Assembly: GCA_004431415.1 (NCBI GenBank)
Contig: QPMI01000572.1
Location: 310,001-374,000 of the forward strand
DNA from: Cyanophora paradoxa CCMP329
Taxonomy: Eukaryota; Plantae; Glaucophyta
DNA length: 64,000 nucleotides
Direction: 5' to 3'
The notes beneath the pieces are model-generated. The model was not told where the DNA came from and did not search any database. It saw only the letters and a list, made by a program, of their open reading frames with translations. This document shows, one piece after another, positions 53,401 through 64,000 of the stretch. The position numbers and the translations under genes are program-made. Position 1 is the first letter of the stretch. Each line of letters opens with the position of its first letter.

Positions 53401-56400
53401 GATCTACATTCAGCTAGCTACATAGATGTAGATCTAGAGCTCAAGCGCAGTCTCGAAGACTAAGAAGCATCGCATCATGCACTGTTTGTCCGATCTTCGA
53501 CTACGTAAACAGTCGCATTTAGTTTGAAAATGACATCCGCCTGCTAATATTATTGACATATGGTTGTCGCACGCGCCGGGTGCATCTGTACTGCAGATGT
53601 ACATGTGATCATGATCATGAGCTAGAATGCGAGCGGCGGATCCGGAATCCCCATGGTCAAGATCTAGATCTACAGCTAGAGCACCCGCGCGCCACGCGAA
53701 TGCGCACGCGTGCGCGTGTTGTCCCTAGGCCTGCTCATGATCAGGAGGCAACGGCGCACCGATTCGCAACTGTGGCCTTGCATGTACTTGCAGACGAACA
53801 CGTCGGCGGCGGCATACATCGATGGCCCCCAAGAGACCGTGCAAGGCTGGCCGATGAAGCAGACGCGTGTTGAGCCCCAGCTCGGAAAGGTAATGTAAGG
53901 GGCAACCGGCGCTGCGCCCCAGACAATTGCAATGCATCAGTGATCATGACGCTCGCGACCTCTGGATCTGCCCGGCTTGCTTCGAGATCGGCACTGCCCA
54001 TATGCATGCGCTTGCGCATGCGCATGCGTGTGGCCCCGATGCGCGGGCTCAGGCCACTCTTGGCGCGAGCGCATCACGCAACGATCGCGAGGGCCCACCT
54101 GGCTCGAGAGTGACGGAGCGCACGCCGTAGTTCGACGGTGACGTGCTCGACACCACCACCCACTTTGCAGCGCACCCAGAGCTGCGCATCATTCGACGAC
54201 TATAAGTACTCTTCACTGTCGGGATCAGGACGGCGATCGTGTTGTACAGTCAACTCCATGGCCAAATTAAAGCTTATAGAGCTAGAATGGCGAGACGCAA
54301 GCACGGTTAAAGCGGGATCGAGTGTTATGGCAAGCCTTGCATTCGCTGCCGGTTTGCAAGATGTTCATCGTATGAATTATATATATACTAGTATCGTCAG
54401 GCCGGTTAGCTTGCGAAATGTCGACGGGCACCCCAGTGCTGCCAGCCGTGTTTGCGACGCACCTCAAGCTTGAGTAACCGCACACAGTTCCGGCGACGTC
54501 ACCGCCGATTCCCCTCGTGAGGTATGAAACGGACGCTGCGTCGTAGTATCCGAGCTGCACGTGCAGATGCGCCGATACACATGCGCGTCAGCTTCAGCCA
54601 GCGCTAGCGCCACGCGAGCGCGTGCCATCTCATGCGCTTGCGCGTGGAGCCGGACTTTTTATAATTATTATCACGGCCGTTCATGCGCACCTCGACGCAG
54701 CCGGGGGTGGTGTAGGTGTAGTAGCCATCAGCGACGGTCGCATTGCAGAGCAGGATCGAGACGTAGCCCGCGTAGCCCGACCAGGCGATGGTGCAGGACG
54801 GGGAGAAGCCGTTGCCCTGCACCGTGCAGGTTGCGCTGCTGGAACCGTCGACGGCGATTGCGCTTTCGGCCACTGCGAGCGCACGCGCGCTTGTGATGTC
54901 AAATCCTAGGCCTGCTGACGACAAGAGATCTACGTCTAAAGCTTCAAATTAATATTGCCATTGTCGCATATGCATATGCACATATGCATGAATTCGAAAT
55001 CTAGGCCAGGAGTGGCGAAGGTGGACCTCGAGATACATATACATGTACATGATAAGGAGTTGGTTTATCGAATAATATATTAATCACTATCGGTTTGACA
55101 CCTTAGCTCCGGATCCGGTTCCATGCGTATGGCAAGACACAGCGAATTCCAGTCGGACGATAGTTTCAATAAATGAACAAGCTATAGAGACCGGATGCGC
55201 ACCGGTGACGTTCTTTGTGTTCCGCAGGTCTACGGGGACCGATGTCACCGATGTGCGCCCCGCGCTGGTTGTCACCTCGACCTTCCACTCGAAGGCATTG
55301 GGGCACCTGCGGCCCCCAAACGCAACGCGTCGATATCGATGGTCGCCGCCAATCGATATCCCGGCCATCACAATAGTGTCGGTCAACGAAAGAATATTTA
55401 TGGAGGCAGTGCGCTATTTGATATAATGAATGTGAGGGCAATTTGCAGGCTTAAGCCTCGCAATCGGGCCCCCGCGCGCCCCAGGCTGGCTTAAGCGCAG
55501 TACTAGTGGACGTTGCGCGACAGCGCGAATGCCGCCACCCGCCGCGGCGGGCGAGTTTGAACGCACAGGCCTCCAGCGACGTAACCTCCGTAGTTGTAAC
55601 TGTAGGGATTGCAAAACTTCTCCCAAATGGTAGAGTTCAACACAATCGAGAAAGGGCTGGTTACTCCAGCGCCAACCTGCGCAACAGGCACATTATATAA
55701 TTAATAATAATTAGAGGCGTCGTACATGTTCTCGACAGATCGATATCTGAGAAGCTAGATCTACATTCAGCTAGCTACATAGATGTAGATCTAGAGCTCA
55801 AGCGCAGTCTCGAAGACTAAGAAGCATCGCATCATGCACTGTTTGTCCGATCTTCGACTACGTAAACAGTCGCATTTAGTTTGAAAATGACATCCGCCTG
55901 CTAATATTATTGACATATGGTTGTCGCACGCGCCGGGTGCATCTGTACTGCAGATGTACATGTGATCATGATCATGAGCTAGAATGCGAGCGGCGGATCC
56001 GGAATCCCCATGGTCAAGATCTAGATCTACAGCTAGAGCACCCGCGCGCCACGCGAATGCGCATGCGTGCGCGTGTTGTCCCTAGGCCTGCTCATGATCA
56101 GGAGGCAACGGCGCACCGATTCGCAACTGTGGCCTTGCATGTACTTGCAGACGAACACGTCGGCGGCGGCATACATCGATGGCCCCAAGAGACCGTGCAA
56201 GGCTGGCCGATGAAGCAGACGCGTGTTGAGCCCCAGCTCGGAAAGGTAATGTAAGGGGCAACCGGCGCTGCGCCCCAGACAATTGCAATGCATCAGTGAT
56301 CATGACGCTCGCGACCTCTGGATCTGCCCGGCTTGCTTCGAGATCGGCACTGCCCATATGCATGCGCTTGTGCATGCGCATGCGTGTGGCCCCGATGCGC

Positions 56401-58909
56401 GAGCTCATGATCAGGCCACTCTTGGCGCGAGCGCATCACGCAACGATCGCGAGGGCCCACCTGGCTCGAGAGTGACGGAGCGCACGCCGTAGTTCGACGG
56501 TGACGTGCTCGACACCACCACCCACTTTGCAGCGCACCCAGAGCTGCGCATCATTCGACGACTATAAGTACTCTTCACTGTCGGGATCAGGACGGCGATC
56601 GTGTTGTACAGTCAACTCCATGGCCAAATTAAAGCTTATAGAGCTAGAATGGCGAGACGCAAGCACGGTTAAAGCGGGATCGAGTGTTATGGCAAGCCTT
56701 GCATTCGCTGCCGGTTTGCAAGATGTTCATCGTATGAATTATATATATACTAGTATCGTCAGGCCGGTTAGCTTGCGAAATGTCGACGGGCACCCCAGTG
56801 CTGCCAGCCGTGTTTGCGACGCACCTCAAGCTTGAGTAACCGCACACAGTTCCGGCGACGTCACCGCCGATTCCCCTCGTGAGGTATGAAACGGACGCTG
56901 CGTCGTAGTATCCGAGCTGCACGTGCAGATGCGCCGATACACATGCGCGTCAGCTTCAGCCAGCGCTAGCGCCACGCGAGCGCGTGCCATCTCATGCGCT
57001 TGCGCGTGGAGCCGGACTTTTTATAATTATTATCACGGCCGTTCATGCGCACCTCGACGCAGCCGGGGGTGGTGTAGGTGTAGTAGCCATCAGCGACGGT
57101 CGCATTGCAGAGCAGGATCGAGACGTAGCCCGCGTAGCCCGACCAGGCGATGGTGCAGGACGGGGAGAATCCGTTGCCCTGCACCGTGCAGGTTGCGCTG
57201 CTGTTGCTCTCGACAACGATCTGTCCTTCCGATGAGAGAAGCCCGCGCTTGCTGGCGACCGCCGCAGGCTGCGTGATTCCGCGCTGCATCTGCGTGCCAG
57301 CGGCCTCGTGCTGTCCAGCGACCTGATGTACCGACCATCTGCTAACAGAGTCTCCAGCGGCCACAAAGACCCGCGGCCCGTCTCCCGCGCCGTATATGGA
57401 AACGGATCGGACGGGGCCCTCCGCCACAGAGAGCGGCGCCGAGAGAGCTCCGCCCAAGAGATCGACGAGGTACGCGCGCGGCCCGCCAGTGCCGACCACG
57501 GCGAGCGGGCCGCTCGGAGCCGCATCGAGCTCGCTGAAGACCGCCCCGCTCGGTTCCGGAATGGCGTGCAGCTCGACGCCGCGCCGCAGGTCCCACACGT
57601 GCAGCGCGGGGCCCTCGACCGCCGCGAGCAGGTCGCCGCCCGCGAACGCCACGCGGCTCGCCTGGCGGGGTGTGAGGGCGGCAAGGCGCGGGCCGAGCGC
57701 GGGACGCTCTGAGAATGCGTACCCCGAAGGGAAGCGAATGCGCGAGGCGCCAGTCTTCGGTGCGGTAGACATGGACGCGGCCGGAGGAGGCGACGGCGAG
57801 GAACGCGCCGTCGGCCGACCAGGCCGTGCCGCCGTAAGCGTGGCCGGGCAGCTCGGTCGCGAGGGCGCCGTCGGCCGCGCGCCAGACCTTTACGCCGCTC
57901 CCGCCGGAGAGGGCGCCTGCAGAGGCGGCAGTCATGATCATGATCAGAGATTCAGAGGTCAAAGGCCGCAGAGTGCACAGCGCACCAGAGGTCGCAACGA
58001 GGCTGCCGTCCCGCGAGATGGACACCCTGCGCGCGGCGCACGCGGTCGGCCCGTGCAAACTTCGGAACGCCCCGCCGGGCGCTCGTTTGAGACTGCGGCA
58101 TCAGCGTCGGCGGCGCACTGGGTGGCGTGGGGGTGGCAGCAGATCTCGCGGATGCGCCGCCCGCTCTCCGTATCGTGCACGCTGCGCCCGCGGCCCGTGA
58201 GCGCCGCGGTCGGCAGCCAATTCAACCAGGAAGCGGATCGTGGCGGCCCGCCGCACCTGACAGAGCCGTCCGAGGCGAGGGAGGCGGCGAAGGTCCCGTC
58301 AACCGTCGTCGCCGCCGACTCGACGCGCGCGCCGCCAGCGCTGCCGGTGGCCCATGGCCCAGTGAGTCAATCGTGACCACAACGCCAACGCTAGCGTGCG
58401 GCGTGCGGTGTGTCGTGGCGCCGCGGGAAGCGCGCGTACCTGTGGAGGAGGCCGGTGGAGGGAGCCGCGGCGCCGGCCGAGCTGACGCCAGCGACATATG
58501 CATCGCGCCAGACTCGGAAGTCGGAGCGTTCATGGATATGGCCACTGGCCTCTGCGCGCGTTGTCGAATCGATAGTAACTCCTCAACATTCGCGCGCGCG
58601 AGGGCGGGCCGGGCCGGGCGCGCGCGCGACGCATTGCGAACCATCCGAGCCGGACTTAGCCGCAGAGAGCACGGCGATCCCGCCGCGCAGAGGCCGCACG
58701 GAGTGGACCTTGACTCCGGGAGGGAGGCCCAGGGGCAACTCGCCCAGGGGCCGAGGCTCGAACCCCGCGCGCGCGGCAGCTGGCGCCTCCCCTGATGCCG
58801 CCTTCGCTCCGATAGCGCAGGCCAGCGCCACCAGGAGGATGGTCGCTCTCGTGAGGGCGCCGGCACGCGCGCGCCGGCCCCGCGGGCACTGATGACTGGA
58901 GCCGCCCAT
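47460..58909 (-). CDS. Large secreted/surface protein: signal sequence, WD40-like propeller, three tandem Cys/Ser/Thr-rich domains, beta-rich HYR-like C-terminal region
   Basis: ATILLVALACAIGAKA; WD-like repeats (VSISRDGSLVATSG, VKVWRAADG..LPGH..AWSADG, LHVWDLRRG); repeated exon set at 50515-57203; VTLTQSPAPG..GVYNVTV..CSFWLEV. The 3' end is uncertain: TAA at 47460 or splicing onward. Confidence 0.7.
50515..57203. repeat. Tandem duplication, ~2.85 copies of a ~2.35-kb multi-exon unit
   Basis: Copies start at 50515, 52871 and 55220 (periods 2356 and 2349); the third ends at 57203. Only a handful of substitutions and indels, introns included. Confidence 0.97.
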
Positions 58910-59545
58910 CGCACTCGGGGACTCGGGGATTGCCCCCTTCTTCACCGCTGCTAGCTGCTGGGAACCTGCTGCTGGTGCTCCTTGCTCCTGCGGCCGCGGG
59001 TGCGCGCTGCGGCAAGTCGCCGGCAACCTCCTGCAGGCTGCAGCTGCTGCTTGGCGTTGCTTGGCGCGCGCGCCCAAGAAGCCAAGGCTACCCCCCGCCC
59101 GCCGCCGCAAGCTCATCGTGATGAGGAGCCATCTGAGCCCGAACTCAATCGAACCGACGATTCGCTCAACACCCGAAGGTTCATGGGTGCGCTGTGCGGG
59201 TACAGTATTCTCACATTTCGGATTGAGGGAAACAGCTTTGCCGAAAGACCGTGGGGGGGCCGAAAGATCACGGGGTACCTTGCAAGCCAAAGAGCAGTGC
59301 GAACAGCGGACCTGAGCGGCGACTCCGGCGAGCGCCTTTTGTGGATAAAGACGCATCCGGCGAGCGCCAGTTCGACCAGCCAGCCCGCGCACATCAAGCC
59401 AGTCAGCTGCAGCCAGTCAGCTTACAGCGAGCAGAGCAGCGCGAGCTAGGGAGCGCGAGCGCGAGCTTCTTTCGGGGAACAGCGCCGTACGACAGCCCAG
59501 CTCGGCCAGCCAGCTCACGCTACCTGACAAGCCCACGCAGCTAAA

Positions 59546-62500
59546 ATGTTCTACCTTTCGCGCTCAGCGAGCGCGCTGCGCCCGCTGGAAATCGAAGCGG
59601 AGCGAGAGTTGATGGCGGCACCGCGGCCGCGAGAGCCTTCCGTGCACGGAGGCACCGCGCTCTACGCTCCCTCGTTCAGCAGACAGTTCCCGTCCTGCAG
59701 CGGGCACGCGTCCGTCGTGCGCGGGCGCCAGATCATCGTTCTCGGCGGCTCGGCCGGCTCCCTCCTCGAGTCCTGTCCCGTCATCTGCTTCGACACGGGT
59801 CGGCGGCTCCGCGCTCCGCTCCGGCGCCGCAGCCGCCGCGTAGCTGACTGCTCCGCGGCGGCGCAGAGCGCGAGGCGTGGATGCGTCCGCACTGCATCGG
59901 GTGCGCGCCGCCCGCCGCGCTCCCCGCGCTCCGCTGACGAACCCCCTTCCAGCATCGGCCCCAAGCTCTCGCCGGCGCGGCCCCGCGCCGCCCTCCGCCG
60001 CCTCCAACCCGCCCGCGTGCGCGCTGAGGCCCGCGGCAGACGGGCGCGAGCGCGACGCTCGTCGGGAGCCGCGTCTGGCTCATCGGCGGCAAGCCCGACG
60101 AAGGGGACGGGCCCATATCCGTGTACGCCCTCGACGTTTCCTGCCAGGGTACCCCCCTCTTGCCCCCGCCCCGCCCCGCCCCGCCCGCCCGCTCACGCGC
60201 CCGACCACAGATACGTACCTCTGGAGAAGGGTACAGACGTTCGGCGAGGTGCCCAGCGCGAGGTGAGAGAAAACAAATCGTACCCTCGCAAGCCGCCCGC
60301 CGACTCGCGTACCCCCCAGGTACCGCCACGCGGCCTGCCGCGTGGGGGAGCACGAGATCTGGGTCGTCGGAGGGGTATCGGTCTCCTCCAGCGTCTTCGG
60401 CGGCGAGACGTCGCACCCCGACATCTTCCGCCTGGACACGCGTGCGCCTCTACCCCTCCCGGGCCTCGCCGCTCACCTGAGCCTCACCTGAGGCAGGGAC
60501 GCGGGTCTGGATGCGGCTCTGCACGACGGGCGAGAAGCTGCGGCCGCTCAGCGACCTCTCCGCCGCATGCATCGGAAAGGTCCCTCCCCCGATTCGAACC
60601 CGCACCCGCCTTCTTCCCCCCCCGATGCGCCGCAGCTCGTCGTGCTCTTCGGGGGCCGCGTGGACGGCAACTCCGTCTCCGCCGTCCGCACCGTCCAGAC
60701 CGGTTCGCGCCCGTGAGATCGGTCTGATTTACCGTACCCCCCTCGACGCCCGCCCCCACGGGGCCGCAGAGCACCCGCACGAGGTCTGCACGGTACCCTT
60801 CACCGGCGCCGAGCCCGAGCGGCGATCCTTTCACGCCGGTACCCAACTCCCGAACGCGCAACCCCCCTCCCCTCCCCGGCCTGAGCGGGCCCCAGCCGCG
60901 GCGGTGGGTGGTAGCCTCGTAGTGGCGGGGGGGAGGAACGGCTCCACGGGGCTCCTCCCCGACGCCGCCGTCTTCCACCTCGGTACCCCCTAAGCTCCAT
61001 CCCCTTCCCCCGGCATAGTTTTAACCAATCCGTGCAGCCTCCCGCTCCTGGACCGCCGTACCGCTGTCCGCGGACGAGCGCAGGCTCCTCTGCCGCAGGC
61101 GGGCGACGCCCCTTCTTCTCTCCCCCCCCCTCCCCGAGACCTGACGCGTACCCCCCGCAGCTCGCACACGGCGTCCCCAGTCGGGTCCCGCGTCTGGCTC
61201 CTAGGAGGGGAGGGCCTCCTCCCCTCCGCGGCCCACGACAACCTCCCCTGCCCCGTCGTCGCCCTCCACACGGGTACACCTTTTTGTGCCCAAAATTCAT
61301 CCCCCACCCCCCAATTTGGGCGCCAGGCCTGAAGGCGGGGTACGAGACGGCGGGGGGCGAGGCTGACGGGGACCCCGAGGAGGCGGACCTGTGGCGCAGC
61401 CTCGTACCAGTCTTCAACGACGACCCCGCGGGGGTACGTACATGCGCCCTCGCCTTTGAACTCTTCTTCCTCTGTACCCCGCCTAACTCTCCTCTTGCAC
61501 CTCTCAGGCTGTGGAGGAGCTGCTGGCTGCGCGGCGGGCGCGGCGGCGGGCGGCGCGGGGACCCTGCCCGCCCACCCCGCCCCGCCCAGACTCTGCCGAG
61601 GACGAGGCGCGCGGCGCCCCTCCGCCCCCTGCCGCCCCCACCCATCCATCCTCTTATCCTCCTATCCATAGGCGGCGGATGTGGCGCGGTTCCTGCGGCT
61701 GGCGGAGGGCCTCGACCGCGACCGCATCGGCGAGTACCTCGCCGCCCGGTGACCCTCGCCCCTCCCCGCCCCCCGCTGCCTTTGCGGCGCCCGCAAAGCG
61801 CTCTCCGGCTTCGATAGCATCCTACCTGTCTGCTGCTGTTTGCGGACGAGCTGTTTAACCAGTATCCATTTAACTATTTAACTATTTAACGGCCGCCCGG
61901 GGCCAGGTCTCCCGACCGGGCGGCGGCCCTGCGCGCCTTCATCGCCAGCCTCGACTTCCGGTGCGCCCAGGGCCCTCCCGAGGCCGGAAGAAAGAGACCC
62001 TAGACCTTCCTCGGGCTAGAGCTGGAGCTAATTATGGTCTTCTTCGACCGTAGACCTTAATCGAGCGGCTACGACAAGAGCTGCAGTCTAGAGCCCCGCT
62101 TGCCCTGTCCGAGCGAGCCCGGCCTCTAAGAGCGCGCGCTAGAAGCTCGAAGGCCCCATCCCACAGAGCCCGAGCGAGCCCAGGGGCGACCGGCCACTGG
62201 CCGCAGGAGACCCTAGACCCTCCTGGGGCGACTGGGGCTGGAGCTGCGGCCCCCGGCCTCTAAGAGCGCGCGCTTGGGAGGGCCCCGTCCCACACAGCCG
62301 CCCCCGCTCGCCTCGCCTCGCCTCGCCTCGCCCGCCCGGGCAGACTTGACCCCGTTCGGCGCGCCCCGCAGGGACGTACCCTTCGAGTTCGCCCTCCGGT
62401 GCGCCCCGCCCCTCTTCCCCTACCCCTCCCCGCCTAACCCCCCCCCCCTCCCCCCAAGCTACCTTTTCTCGCTGTTCCGCCCCCCCGGGGAGGCTCAACT

Positions 62501-64000
62501 CGTCGAGCGCGTCCTCGACGCCTTCGCCGAAAGGGCGCGCGCCCCGTACCCCCCGCCGCTACTCCCCACTCCTCACTTTCGGCGCAGTACTTCAGCGACA
62601 ACCCGCAGTCGCGCATCTTCTCTTCCGCCGCATCCGTCTCCTCCCTCGCCTACAGGTCCGTGGGTGCAGGGGTAGAGGATTGTCCGAGGCGGCCCGGCTG
62701 ACGCGCCGGGGCGCCGCCCCGCCCCGCAGCGTGCTCATGCTGAACACCTCCCGCCACAACCCCGCCGTCCGACCCTCCGACCGCGTGCGCCCCCCCCCTC
62801 CCCCCCCCCCCCCGGCCTCCGGTCTACGTACCCCTGTACCCCTCTCATCTTTCTACCCCCCCCCCCCCCCCAGATGAACCACAAGTCCTTCGTGCACGCC
62901 GTGCGGGACCCGCGCATCCCCGGCGGCCTTCACTTCCCCGACGTGCGCCGTATCCCCCTCCCAAACACGTACCCCCTCGCTGGAGCGATCGAACCTCCGC
63001 AGGCCTTCCTTGAAGCCCTGTACTACTCCATAAAGAAGGACTCCATCCGCCTCCAATCCCAGGTTTGTGTACCCGGCTCCCGTCTGATCTCCATGTACCC
63101 CCTCCCCGCTGACGTCGCTCCGTTCGCAGCCCGGCTCCGCCCGCGGGGGCCGCCGCCCATCCACGCCGGTCCGCCCCCTACTTTTTGCATATGCCGTACC
63201 CCGGCGCCATCGGTTGACGCCGTACCCCCCCAGGAATCCGGGTTCGGACCTGGGCCGGGCTCCGCCTCTTCATCTCGGTCCCCCTCCCCGACCCTCTCGG
63301 AGGGATCCGCGTGGAACTTCTCCGACCGGACGCGGTACCCCCCCGCGCTCCTCCCTCCTGATCCGCCCCCCTCACGGCTCGCGCAGGGCTCAGCAAGCGC
63401 GGCCGGCGGGGGAGGGCGTCACCGACCGGCGCGCGGTGGGCGTGGGGCCGGGGCCGGCCGTGCCCCCCGCCCACGCCCAGGCGCGCTCAGCGGCGCCAGG
63501 GCCCGCGCAGGGCCCCGAGGCGACCCCGGAACCCCTGCCCGACGCCTCGCCGCCCTCCCCGGTCTCGATGGGCCGTGTCGGTCCGGCCCCCTCCGACGAC
63601 TCCGAGCCCCTCATGGGCCCCGTCTCCCGAAGCGTACCCCCTTTCTCCTCCTCCTCCTCCGCCGCGGCCGGCGCCTCCTCGGGCCAGGCACCCCGGGCCG
63701 GGGCCCTGCACAGGCTGCGGAAGAGCCCCCTGAGCCCCGCCTCGCCCTTCCGGGCCGCCCCCTGCGACTCCTTCCGGTCCCCGGGCCCGCCCCCCGTCAC
63801 CGCTTCTCCCCCCCGGGACTCCCCGGCCAGCTCCCGCTCCGCTTCTCCCCCCGGGGGGGAGGACGACGACGACCCCGCCCACCCCACCCTCCGCCTGCTC
63901 GACCCGGAGGCCCGCGTACCCCCCTCCATCCCGATTCCCCCCCCCCCTCTTTCCTGAGCTTTCGCCTACGCAGGTCCCGACCGCCGCCGTTCTGCGGCCC
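59546..64000 (+). CDS. Kelch-repeat + Sec7 (ARF-GEF) domain protein, 3'-incomplete
   Basis: Kelch blades: SGHASVVRGRQIIVLGG, VWLIGG, PSARYRHAA..IWVVGG, LVVLFGG, RRSFHAAAAVGGSLVVAGG. Sec7: VARFLRLAEGLDRDRIGEYL, LRAFIASLDF, GEAQLVERVLDAFAERY, SVLMLNTSRHNP, LEALYYSIKK. Confidence 0.88.

Noticed and set aside
50515-57203. Dscam-like mutually exclusive exon array, or tandem transposon
   Set aside because: The units are near-identical whole multi-exon blocks that splice head-to-tail; no TIRs, TSDs or transposase.

Overview
A very GC-rich, gene-dense eukaryotic region with many short introns. The style is consistent with a glaucophyte such as Cyanophora paradoxa, but that is inference only. About 12 spliced protein genes can be rebuilt by hand: UBLCP1; a ~15-kb gene with a divergent CDC7-like kinase followed by Zn fingers and an AT-hook; a TALE homeobox gene; a membrane-anchored bacterial-type S8/S53-like peptidase; a Myxococcus-type Cys-rich repeat protein; an F-box/beta-helix protein; an FtsH-type AAA ATPase with no protease domain; a RING/TRAF-type protein; a long coiled-coil protein; a small membrane protein; a large secreted protein with ~2.85 near-identical 2.35-kb multi-exon repeats; and a Kelch+Sec7 protein that runs off the window. 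A 3.46-kb gag-only element with 402-bp direct terminal repeats sits between two convergent genes. The most unusual signal is not a gene. Introns and gene ends are full of runs that alternate a triplet with its reverse complement (TCA-TGA-TCA, AGA-TCT-AGA, CAA-TTG-CAA, AAG-CTT-AAG and others), and one such +6-nt inverted triplication separates otherwise near-identical repeat copies, which suggests an active palindrome-writing mutational or repair process. Also notable are a sense-strand intronic GTACCCC motif, frequent GC-AG introns and a 9-nt microexon in the kinase catalytic loop. Exon models are manual and some gene ends are approximate. Most six-frame ORFs are GC-rich shadow frames.
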